From NCBI GenBank assembly GCA_052143275.1, contig JBKQTH010000136.1, positions 1,184 to 65,183 on the forward strand: 64,000 bases of DNA, given 5' to 3'. Positions 1 to 7,637 of this stretch are shown here, in pieces. The notes beneath the pieces were generated by a model, which was not told where the DNA came from, did no database searches, and saw only the letters and a program-made list of their open reading frames with translations. Positions within the stretch are counted from its first letter, which is position 1, and each line of letters begins with the position of its first letter. This stretch comes from Ktedonobacterales bacterium (GTDB lineage: Bacteria; Chloroflexota; Ktedonobacteria; Ktedonobacterales; JADMIN01). The position numbers and the translations under genes were made by a program.

Positions 1-444
1 TTCCTGATCAGTTACCGTGTGGCCACCGGCAATCACTGCGCCAGATTCACGCACCTTGTCGGCGCCACCGCGTAGGATATCGGTTAGAATGGATGATTCC
101 AGATCATCGGGGAAACCAACCAGGTTCAAACAGAACAGCGGCTTACCGCCCATTGCGTATATGTCGCTCAAGGCATTGGCGGCAGCAATCGCCCCGAAGG
201 TATAGGGATCATCCACCACCGGCGGGAAGAAGTCGGTGGTCGCGACAATGGCCTGATCCTGATTGATCTGGTAGACCGCTGCATCATCGGCGCTATCAAG
301 CCCAACCAGCAAATCAGGGACTCCGGTGCCAAATACGCCGGCCAGTGGCTGCAACACGTGCGCCAGGGCGTCCGCGCCCATCTTAGCGGCTCAGCCAGCA
401 CAGCTTGCGAGCGTAGTGAGCCGCACTTGTCTCCCTGGCGCCAT
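1..444 (-). CDS. selD: Selenide, water dikinase (selenophosphate synthetase) SelD, N-terminal part. It runs off the left window edge. The in-frame TGA at 391-393 is read as selenocysteine.
   Basis: Manual minus-strand translation from the ATG at 444-442 gives [114 protein letters not shown]...[12 protein letters not shown]. Family hallmarks are present: a catalytic loop equivalent to E. coli GAGCGCK, then DDAAVY, TTDFF-P-VDDP and AANALSD-YAMGG. The gene is absent from the ORF track because of the TGA and the open end. Confidence 0.88.
366..379 (-). promoter_or_regulatory. Candidate SECIS-like mini-hairpin downstream of the selD UGA
   Basis: The mRNA sequence GGGCG-CGGA-CGCCC (5-bp GC stem, 4-nt loop) starts 11 nt after the UGA. 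This is a positional argument only, with no covariance model run. Confidence 0.3.
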
Positions 445-475
445 GGGCTAACCAACCTTCTCATGAGTCGACAAT

Positions 476-499
476 CTTGACTTCATTCTTGACTTCATT
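476..499. repeat. Perfect tandem 12-mer x2 (CTTGACTTCATT CTTGACTTCATT) 32-55 nt upstream of the selD start
   Basis: Read directly from the sequence. It lies in the selD 5' intergenic region. Confidence 0.95.
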
Positions 500-560
500 G
501 TAGAGGAGCTTTACTCGACTCGTCAAACGGCAAGAGGCCGTCCCGGTGGAGCCCGGCAAT

Positions 561-602
561 GGAAAAAAGTGAGGCAGGCAACCTCGCGGTCGCCTGCCTC
601 AC
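561..602 (-). terminator. Rho-independent terminator of the 628-957 gene
   Basis: On the minus strand, an 11-bp stem GTGAGGCAGGC/GCCTGCCTCAC (plus-strand coordinates 569-579 and 592-602) with a 12-nt loop is followed by TTTTTT (plus-strand A-run 563-568). It sits 26 nt downstream of the stop codon. Confidence 0.75.
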
Positions 603-627
603 CGTACGGCATGCCAAAGTAGCCTAC

Positions 628-957
628 CTACGGTAGCACGTCCAATTCTTCGCTCTTCCCATTCTGCACAAATTTTGGTAAGCGAGAACCAATGGTCGTC
701 ACCGCCTGCGGAGCCTTCTCACGAGCAGAGCTCCAGGCTTCAGTAGCCTTTGGCGCCAGTGTTTGGTACCCAGCTACGGCAGACTTGGCGGCGCGCCCGC
801 TAAGAGTCTTGGCCTGCTCGGCGACCGGCTTTGACCTCTCGATAATGCGCTGAGCCGCTGCGCGACCTTCCTTACGTGACAACGCGATGGCGATTGCCGC
901 TCCAGCCAACCCCAGTGTGGCGCCGGCAAGCAACGCGGCGACCTGACTACGTTTCAT
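628..957 (-). CDS. Small N-terminally membrane-anchored Ala/Lys-rich protein (YtxH/general-stress-like); function unknown
   Basis: This is the ORF 628-1050 trimmed to the ATG at 957 (MKRSQVAALLAGATLGLAGAAIAIAL...). It has one TM helix and then a helical A/K/E-rich region, and its own terminator follows. Confidence 0.55.
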   Translation of the reverse strand: MKRSQVAALLAGATLGLAGAAIAIALSRKEGRAAAQRIIERSKPVAEQAKTLSGRAAKSAVAGYQTLAPKATEAWSSAREKAPQAVTTIGSRLPKFVQNGKSEELDVLP

Positions 958-1071
958 AAAAATGCCAAACCCTTCACTAATGTGTGTAGAGACAGAATCG
1001 GTTGGGGTAATCCTCCAGTTAACTACCAAACAGCATGAAGCATACCACATTTGGTAGCGCAGGTAGCCTTT

Positions 1072-2268
1072 TTACGGTAAGTCAAATTCGCCCCACTCCG
1101 CGGCATCACGGGGGTACTGGTTTGACTCCGGCGGCTGCAGACCAGGCAAGCCCGGCCCTTGGGTGTGGCCGGTTGACTCTGGTTCATCCGCTAGCGAGTC
1201 GATTGGAGCGACTCGTAACACAGTCGACTGGTATTCGGAATCGAGCATCCGGTGGTCGACTTCGGGAGCATCATCGACAGGCACACGCTCCTCCCTGGGT
1301 CTGGGCGGACGGGGCCCAATCACCCACTCTCCACGCTGCTCAGGATAAATCCCTGGTGAGCGTTCACGACTCCAGCGCAGCGCTTGAGCAAACTCGGCTA
1401 CATCGGCAAAGCGCTCGACCGCGTCTCTGCGGAGTGCCAGCAGGATTACCTCTTGTAGACGACGTGGTACATCGCGGCGAAAGGCGGTCAACGGTGGCGC
1501 ATCGGCTACCATTCTGCGCGAAGCTGCGGCGAGTGGAGTATCCGCTTCGAAAGGTAATCGCGCGGTGACTAATTCATAGAGAACGATGCCCAGGGCGTAG
1601 AGGTCGGACGAGGGACCGCCAGGTTCACCCAGTACCTGCTCGGGCGATAGATAGTCAGGCGTGCCGATCACCTGACCGGTTGCGGTCAGAGTTGTCTGGT
1701 GCCCGCTCACCTGGCGGGCAATGCCGAAGTCGGTCAATTTTGCGAGTAGCTGCAGCCTAGCATCTAGAATCATAACATTCTGCGGCTTAACGTCCCGATG
1801 GACCACACCATGCGCGTGAGCCGTCGTAAGCGCCGAGCAGAGTTGCTCTCCTAGTATCCAGACCCAGGAGAGTGGAAGAGGTCCAAGCCGTCGCACCAGT
1901 TCCTTTAACGTCGTGCCAAAGATATACTCCATCGTAAGGTAAGGTACTGGCTGCATACCGTCATTCTCCCAGGGAGCGTTTGGGCTCATCACTAGAGGAA
2001 CGGTATATCCGTAATCCAACACTCGAACAATGTTAAAATGGTTGAGGGTTGAGGCTAGGTGTGCCTCGCGTCGGAAACGCGCCGCCGCTTCAGGAATCAG
2101 CGGGCCATTGGTTCGCAGAACCTTTACAGCGACGATACGCTCAGTATGTACATCCATGCAGCGGTAGACTACGGCGGTGCCGCCCAGCCCAACCCGTGCC
2201 CGCACCTGATAACGCTCGGCAAGCGGTAGTGCCGCATTCTGCGTAGAGGATATCTCTGGTGAACCCAT
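1072..2268 (-). CDS. Hanks-type Ser/Thr protein kinase, soluble
   Basis: Motifs GLGGTAVVY...VAVKVL, HRDVKPQNVMI, DFGIAR and GTPDYLSPEQ. The start at 2268 has an AGGAG 5 nt upstream. The ORF track's upstream extension to 2331 is unlikely to be translated. Confidence 0.9.
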   Translation of the reverse strand: MGSPEISSTQNAALPLAERYQVRARVGLGGTAVVYRCMDVHTERIVAVKVLRTNGPLIPEAAARFRREAHLASTLNHFNIVRVLDYGYTVPLVMSPNAPWENDGMQPVPYLTMEYIFGTTLKELVRRLGPLPLSWVWILGEQLCSALTTAHAHGVVHRDVKPQNVMILDARLQLLAKLTDFGIARQVSGHQTTLTATGQVIGTPDYLSPEQVLGEPGGPSSDLYALGIVLYELVTARLPFEADTPLAAASRRMVADAPPLTAFRRDVPRRLQEVILLALRRDAVERFADVAEFAQALRWSRERSPGIYPEQRGEWVIGPRPPRPREERVPVDDAPEVDHRMLDSEYQSTVLRVAPIDSLADEPESTGHTQGPGLPGLQPPESNQYPRDAAEWGEFDLP

Positions 2269-2501
2269 ACTTACTCCTAGTCTAGTAGGTGGAGCTGCGC
2301 CTCCATGCTGAGTATACACAGGGCAGCTCATGCCTGCGGTACTACTGGCAGAAATGAGTAGGACAGGAGAACCGGTGCCAATGCCAAAACAACTGGCCGT
2401 TGAATCGAGCAGGATTTAACATATTATTCACGCCAGGTTAATCAATGATTTAACTGTGACGTGGCACTCTTATCATGGAGTAGCCTATCAGGAGGAAAGA
2501 C

Positions 2502-3641
2502 ATGCGGGTTGCGCTGGTCACGGAAAACTTTCTGCCGAAGTTGGATGGAGTCACACGGACGCTGGCGATGCTTCTGGAATATCTTCAGCGCAATGGGCAC
2601 CAGGCGGTCGTAATAGGTCCCGAAGGCTCGCCCAGGTGGTATGCCGGCGCGCGCATCTTTGGCGCCCATGGCATACCGCTTCCCTTCTACCCTGAACTCA
2701 GAGTGTCACTGCCGGAGCCGGTCCTTGAGGGGCGGCTTTCGCGTTTCCACCCAGATGTCATTCACGTCGTCGAGCCGGTCATCCTGGGAGCGGCTGGTAT
2801 CACCTGGGGAGGGCGTCTCGGCGTGCCGGTGGTGTCCTCATACCACACCAATCTGTCGGCTTACTGCTCATATTTCCGGCTGGGCATGTTGGTGGAACCG
2901 ACATGGCTCTATCGCCGCTACCTGCATAATCAATGCGAAAGGACACTCTGCCCTTCTCCTTCGACGCGAGTGGAACTCATTAACCGAGGCTTTACGCAGG
3001 TCCAGGTCTGGCCACGTGGAGTCGACACGGAGTTGTTCTCCCCAGAACGCCGCTCTCTCTCCTGGAGGCGACGCATGTGCGGCAATCAGGAGCGTCAAAG
3101 CATTGTCCTCTACGTGGGCCGGCTCTCGCACGAAAAGAACTTGATGGCACTGGTTTCAGCCTACTCGGCGATCGAGACAGCCTCCACCCAGTTAGTAGTA
3201 GTTGGGGATGGGCCTGCACGAGCTGATCTTGAGCGTGCGCTGGCGGGACACAACGCTGTCTGCACCGGCTATTTGAGTGGCGAGGCTCTTGCTGAAGCAT
3301 ACGCATCGGCAGACATATTTGCCTTTCCATCGATGACGGAAACCTTTGGGCAAGTTGTTCTAGAAGCAATGGCCAGCCACTTGCCAGTGGTTGCGTTTGA
3401 CGCCGAAGGCGTACGTGACCAGGTTAGGAATGGACAGTCTGGTTTTCTTGTCGCGCCCGGCGACCTCCAAGGCTTCGCCCAGGCTCTAAGCATGCTGGTG
3501 GCAGCACCTGAGCTTAGGCAGTGCATTGGGGCGGAGGCCTACGCTCGGGCAACCAAGCAGAGCTGGGACACGGCAATGGACGGCCTACTGGAGGTCTATC
3601 AAAGCGTCGCTCAGCGCTCGCTGTCTCAGCGGGCCGCGTAA
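2502..3641 (+). CDS. GT4-family (group 1) glycosyltransferase, SqdX/MgtA-like
   Basis: The N-terminus MRVALVTENFLPKLDGVTRTL resembles SqdX-type lipid glycosyltransferases. The C-terminal half has the E-x-FG...EAMA GT-B motif (SMTETFGQVVLEAMASHLPVV). GGAGGA RBS upstream. Confidence 0.88.
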   Translation: MRVALVTENFLPKLDGVTRTLAMLLEYLQRNGHQAVVIGPEGSPRWYAGARIFGAHGIPLPFYPELRVSLPEPVLEGRLSRFHPDVIHVVEPVILGAAGITWGGRLGVPVVSSYHTNLSAYCSYFRLGMLVEPTWLYRRYLHNQCERTLCPSPSTRVELINRGFTQVQVWPRGVDTELFSPERRSLSWRRRMCGNQERQSIVLYVGRLSHEKNLMALVSAYSAIETASTQLVVVGDGPARADLERALAGHNAVCTGYLSGEALAEAYASADIFAFPSMTETFGQVVLEAMASHLPVVAFDAEGVRDQVRNGQSGFLVAPGDLQGFAQALSMLVAAPELRQCIGAEAYARATKQSWDTAMDGLLEVYQSVAQRSLSQRAA

Positions 3642-3697
3642 ACCTGTAGGAGCCGCAAATCGCTGCGTTCAAAGCTTTAAGCTCCCACAAGCCGATC

Positions 3698-5122
3698 TCA
3701 CCTTCCGGGGAGTAGCAGGGCAACCGCGACAATCATGGCGTAGAACGCCAAGAGTTGTAGACCCTCCAGCCAGGTTGTTTCGCCATCTTGGCTTACCAGG
3801 GTATATACAAATGCCACCAGCCCAACCAGAATCAACTCCAGTGGTTGGAAGATAAGTGTGAGCACTAAATTTGGATTGCCGGCTGACAGGATATAGCTGA
3901 GAAGTACAAGGACAGGGGTAACAAACAGGGCCACCTGTACACTAGATCCGGCTGCTACCGACATGGCGCCTTCCATATCATTGTGCCACGCGTTTAAAAC
4001 CGAGCTGGCCTGCTCGCCCAGGTTGCACACTATCGGGAAGATGATCAATCCAACTGAAAGCGGGGTGAGACTGGTGTGTACGATAACGCTGTTGGTCACG
4101 CTTACCAGAATAACCGCAACAATCACTGTAACTATGGTTACGATTGCCAGTGCAACCAGCGCGATTGGGACAGCATACGGATTTTTTCGCCGCAGCTGAG
4201 AACGTCGCTCCCCCTCGATCTCCTCTTCCAGCTCAATCCGATCTATGGTTTGCTGTAGCTCGGTCTCATAAGGGCCGCTAGCTTCGGCTTCCCCGTCTCC
4301 GTCAGTTTTTTCCTCGACCTCGCGCTCCTCTTCCAGGGCGACCTTCTTCTGCATATGCGCGCCGATTTTGAAAACGGAAGCCGCAATGTAACAGGCGTAA
4401 CTAGCGATAAGAATGATTCCAAAGGGCACGCTGATTGCGAGCTCGGTAGTAACAACCTGGTTATGATGCCCAGAAGGAATGAGCGAGATTGCCAGTAACG
4501 GCAATGCCAGGCCCACCACGGCCAGTGCCAGCATCGAGGAGTATCCGGCGGCACTCTCCGCGCTAAATGTCATGCGGCCATTGCGCAAAGCCGCAATGAA
4601 GATAGAAGACCCGAGCACAAACAGCACATTATTGATGACTGATCCGATCAAAAGAGCATGAATGACATCCAGATCTGAGGTCACTGTAGCTGAAGATCCC
4701 GCATTGAGGTGAGCGTTAATTAGCAGAGACACACCGATGGCAAGCTCGGGGACATTGGCGAAGGAAGCCCCAATGAGACCACCGGCCCGGTCCCCTAAGT
4801 AAATTTCCAGTCTATCGGTGAACGTGCCGATAAGGGACGCTAACGGTACCAGAGATATCAGCGCCAGCACGAACAGCAGAACAGTTATCTGTCCATGGTA
4901 GGCACTCTGCTGAGTCAAATACCACACCACCACGGTCGCTGGCACTAAAATCAAGAGCGCATTCAGCCATGTTCTTATCTTCACCCGTGCCAGTCCCTCC
5001 TCGTATCCTCTATTCCGAACTCCACTAACCGATGTTGACGCGTAGGCAGGCGCCGCGCATATCATGGCAGGCAGACGCTCGTTCCGCAAGTCCCAAAATG
5101 GGTTACGCCACTTTGATGACAT
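3698..5122 (-). CDS. CaCA/CAX-family cation(Ca2+)/H+ antiporter-like membrane protein
   Basis: About 10-11 TM helices in two halves separated by an acidic loop (EEEREVEEKTDGDGEAEA...EEEIEGE). Alpha-repeat-like motifs are ASFANVPELAIG and IVCNLGEQASS, versus the canonical GNxxE. The start codon is uncertain. Confidence 0.75.
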   Translation of the reverse strand: MSSKWRNPFWDLRNERLPAMICAAPAYASTSVSGVRNRGYEEGLARVKIRTWLNALLILVPATVVVWYLTQQSAYHGQITVLLFVLALISLVPLASLIGTFTDRLEIYLGDRAGGLIGASFANVPELAIGVSLLINAHLNAGSSATVTSDLDVIHALLIGSVINNVLFVLGSSIFIAALRNGRMTFSAESAAGYSSMLALAVVGLALPLLAISLIPSGHHNQVVTTELAISVPFGIILIASYACYIAASVFKIGAHMQKKVALEEEREVEEKTDGDGEAEASGPYETELQQTIDRIELEEEIEGERRSQLRRKNPYAVPIALVALAIVTIVTVIVAVILVSVTNSVIVHTSLTPLSVGLIIFPIVCNLGEQASSVLNAWHNDMEGAMSVAAGSSVQVALFVTPVLVLLSYILSAGNPNLVLTLIFQPLELILVGLVAFVYTLVSQDGETTWLEGLQLLAFYAMIVAVALLLPGR

Positions 5123-5229
5123 GCGCCTGGGGTACGAGCGCCCCCGGTTGGCCGGAATGTACCTGATGCTGCGGAGGCGACGCTGATGCAGCTTCCCTGA
5201 GGGTTGGAAAGCCTAGGTTAGTGGCGAGT

Positions 5230-6039
5230 CTACGCCATCATGCCCGCTTGAGCTACGGGCGGCAGACCTCGCAATTGTCCAGTTGGCGGAAGGGGAGTAG
5301 CAGTATTAGCAGGCGTCGGCGTTGGTGTTGGTGGTGGTGGCAGGCTACCGCCTACCGAAGGAACCAGGGATGAGCCGAGATCACTGATCACCCAACTGCC
5401 GGCAAAGAGCACTAGTGTCAGCGTAGCCTTGTAGACCCTGGCGCTACTACTGGTTCCGCGCGTCACAACATAAGTCAGAGTGGCATTTTGAGTTAGATCA
5501 CCTGCCTGCTCCGAGAGAGAAAAGTTGGTGACCACACCATAGTACGAATCCGCGGGTTCGGCAAGCTGCGCAAACTGGTTAGGGTCGTCATACTCGACTC
5601 GAAGGGTCGGTGAGAGATAGTTGCTGTAGACAAGGGAATAGTTTTGCGCTTCGACAGCTTCCCAGAAGGCGGTTCCGGTATCGCTCGCGCTTGGCTTGTA
5701 GTTGAGAACTTGCAGACCTACCAGCGCACCGCCGGCACAGAATCCACAGAGCATAAAGGCTGCGACTGCCATTACCAGCGCGAGAATCATTCCACTCGGG
5801 TGGTCCGCCTGAAGAGGGCGCGCGCTCATGAAGTCGTCTCGTAGCGCACGAAGTCGGAGCACTCGTGAATACCGCTCTAGACGATCCTCTCCTTGCTTGG
5901 TCTCCGGTAGCAGCTGGACCGACGTTAGGAGTTCCTGTTCGAGTTCTTTGACTCGCTTGCTGGCTTCGCGTAGCTCGTCTGGTGAAGCTCGATGACTCTT
6001 AGCCTCGGCCATCGCCTTCTGGCGCGCGCGGTCCCGCAT
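5230..6039 (-). CDS. Hypothetical single-pass membrane protein: coiled-coil N-terminus, TM helix, beta-rich ectodomain, Pro/Thr-rich tail
   Basis: The ORF has a strong AGGAGGA RBS 9 nt upstream of the ATG at 6039. TM segment MILALVMAVAAFMLCGFCAGGALVGL. C-terminal PPPPTPTPTPANTATP. Confidence 0.65.
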   Translation of the reverse strand: MRDRARQKAMAEAKSHRASPDELREASKRVKELEQELLTSVQLLPETKQGEDRLERYSRVLRLRALRDDFMSARPLQADHPSGMILALVMAVAAFMLCGFCAGGALVGLQVLNYKPSASDTGTAFWEAVEAQNYSLVYSNYLSPTLRVEYDDPNQFAQLAEPADSYYGVVTNFSLSEQAGDLTQNATLTYVVTRGTSSSARVYKATLTLVLFAGSWVISDLGSSLVPSVGGSLPPPPTPTPTPANTATPLPPTGQLRGLPPVAQAGMMA

Positions 6040-6190
6040 TTCTCCAGATCCTCCTAGCTGTTACGCGTTGCCCGGAAACCACCTGATCGCGCCGGTACTA
6101 TACGAGTCTGGGCCTTGCATGTCAAGCATCATGGGACTTTCTAGGATTTTCTAGGAAGCACGCAGTCGCCACACAGTGGAACAACGCTGC

Positions 6191-6220
6191 TTGACTGCGT
6201 CATTGGTAGCCACCTATACT
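6191..6220 (+). promoter_or_regulatory. Sigma-70-like promoter candidate for leuB
   Basis: TTGACT (6191-6196), 18-nt spacer, TATACT (6215-6220), about 35 nt upstream of the leuB ATG. Confidence 0.35.
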
Positions 6221-6254
6221 CGGATGAGAATGCATGAGCAACCAGGAGAATGGT

Positions 6255-7379
6255 ATGGGTTACTATCAGATCGCTGTATTGCCTGGAGATGGTATCGGTT
6301 CTGAAGTTGTTGCTGAAGCAGAGCGAGTGTTGCTGGCCATTGGGGAGCGCTTTAATCACTCAATCGAAATGACGCGGGCCCTGGTAGGCCAGGTGGCGAT
6401 AGAGGCTGAAGGCGAGGCCATAAGCGATGAAACTATGGCACTCTGCAAGCGCAGCGATGCCCTGCTCTTTGGAGCGGTAGGTGGATTTGGCGTGGGCAGA
6501 CCAGATTCCAAAGTACAACCAGAGAGTGCGCTTTTTCGTCTTCGGAAAGAACTCGCTTTATTTGCCAACCTGCGACCCGTTCGTCCTCTATCAGCGCTGC
6601 TATCGGCATCATCGCTCAAGCGTGAAGTCTTACGCGGAGTAGACTTGCTGGTGGTGCGTGAGCTGACTGGCGGGCTTTACTACGGTAAACCAAGTGAGAT
6701 ACGTCAGGAAGAGAATGGCGCGCAAGCGATTGATACTATGGTCTACAACGAGCAAGAGATCGACCGTATCGTCCGCTATGCCTTCGAACTTGCTCGGAGG
6801 CGTCGCAAACAGGTCACCTCAGTCGACAAGGCTAATGTACTAAGTTGCTCACGTCTGTGGCGAAGCACAGCTGAGCGCGTCGCCACAGACTTTCCTGACG
6901 TAGAGCTGCGCCATATGCTGGTGGACTCCTGTGCAATGGGTCTCATTCGACAGCCACGAGACTTCGACGTGATTGTAACCGAGAACATGTTTGGCGACAT
7001 TCTCACCGATGAGGCTTCCATGCTGACCGGTTCCATGGGCATGCTACCCTCCGCTAGCCTGGGATTACGCGCCACCACTCATGGGACGTTCGGTCTCTAC
7101 GAGCCAATACACGGTACCGCACCCGATATTACCGGAAAAGGCAAAGCCAATCCACTAGCGGCGATTCTCAGCGCCGCTCTCCTGCTGCGGTACTCACTGG
7201 GGCTGATCTCAGAGTCGATCTGTGTTGAACGGGCAGTCCAGGCAACCATTCAGGCGGGATTCCGCACCTCCGACATCGCTACTCCTCGCGGCACGACTGT
7301 CCATACGAGCCGAATGGGCGACGAAGTGGTGGCACGCATTCACACCATCAGCATGGCCGGCGGTTCGCAAGCCGGATGA
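6255..7379 (+). CDS. leuB: 3-isopropylmalate dehydrogenase
   Basis: YQIAVLPGDGIGSEVV..., LLFGAVGG, RELTGGLYYG, ENMFGDILTDEASMLTGSMGMLPSASL. The ATG at 6255 has AGGAGA 5 nt upstream. Confidence 0.93.
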   Translation: MGYYQIAVLPGDGIGSEVVAEAERVLLAIGERFNHSIEMTRALVGQVAIEAEGEAISDETMALCKRSDALLFGAVGGFGVGRPDSKVQPESALFRLRKELALFANLRPVRPLSALLSASSLKREVLRGVDLLVVRELTGGLYYGKPSEIRQEENGAQAIDTMVYNEQEIDRIVRYAFELARRRRKQVTSVDKANVLSCSRLWRSTAERVATDFPDVELRHMLVDSCAMGLIRQPRDFDVIVTENMFGDILTDEASMLTGSMGMLPSASLGLRATTHGTFGLYEPIHGTAPDITGKGKANPLAAILSAALLLRYSLGLISESICVERAVQATIQAGFRTSDIATPRGTTVHTSRMGDEVVARIHTISMAGGSQAG

Positions 7380-7385
7380 TCACTC

Positions 7386-7619
7386 TTAGCCCATCCTGGC
7401 GCGTGGGGAAGGGCCGAGATTGTGTAACTGTTGATGCAGCTCGGCCAGCCTTGCTGCCAGACGGGCCGCCCTCTGGCGAGTGCTGGCAGGTTCAACGGCA
7501 TATCCCATTTCTACCTCGGCCAGCTCCGCCTGCACCTGCTCAATCTGCAGATTGAGCAGAGACATCCGGACATCCCAGCACAACACTGTTCGCTCTCGAC
7601 CCATTTTCATGCTACACAC
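7386..7619 (-). CDS. Small coiled-coil ORF at the 3' end of the chemosensory operon (hypothetical)
   Basis: The ORF begins 18 nt downstream of the cheA stop on the same strand. The likely core is MSLLNLQIEQVQAELAEVEMGY...LAARLAELHQQL. No recognisable family. Confidence 0.3.
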   Translation of the reverse strand: MCSMKMGRERTVLCWDVRMSLLNLQIEQVQAELAEVEMGYAVEPASTRQRAARLAARLAELHQQLHNLGPSPRARMG

Positions 7620-7637
7620 TCCGTAGCCTAGGACCGA

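Noticed and set aside
168-464. 98-aa minus-strand ORF from the track ([19 protein letters not shown]...)
   Set aside because: It is the wrong reading frame across the selD N-terminus and is compositionally implausible. The SelD frame, with Sec at 391-393, explains the region.
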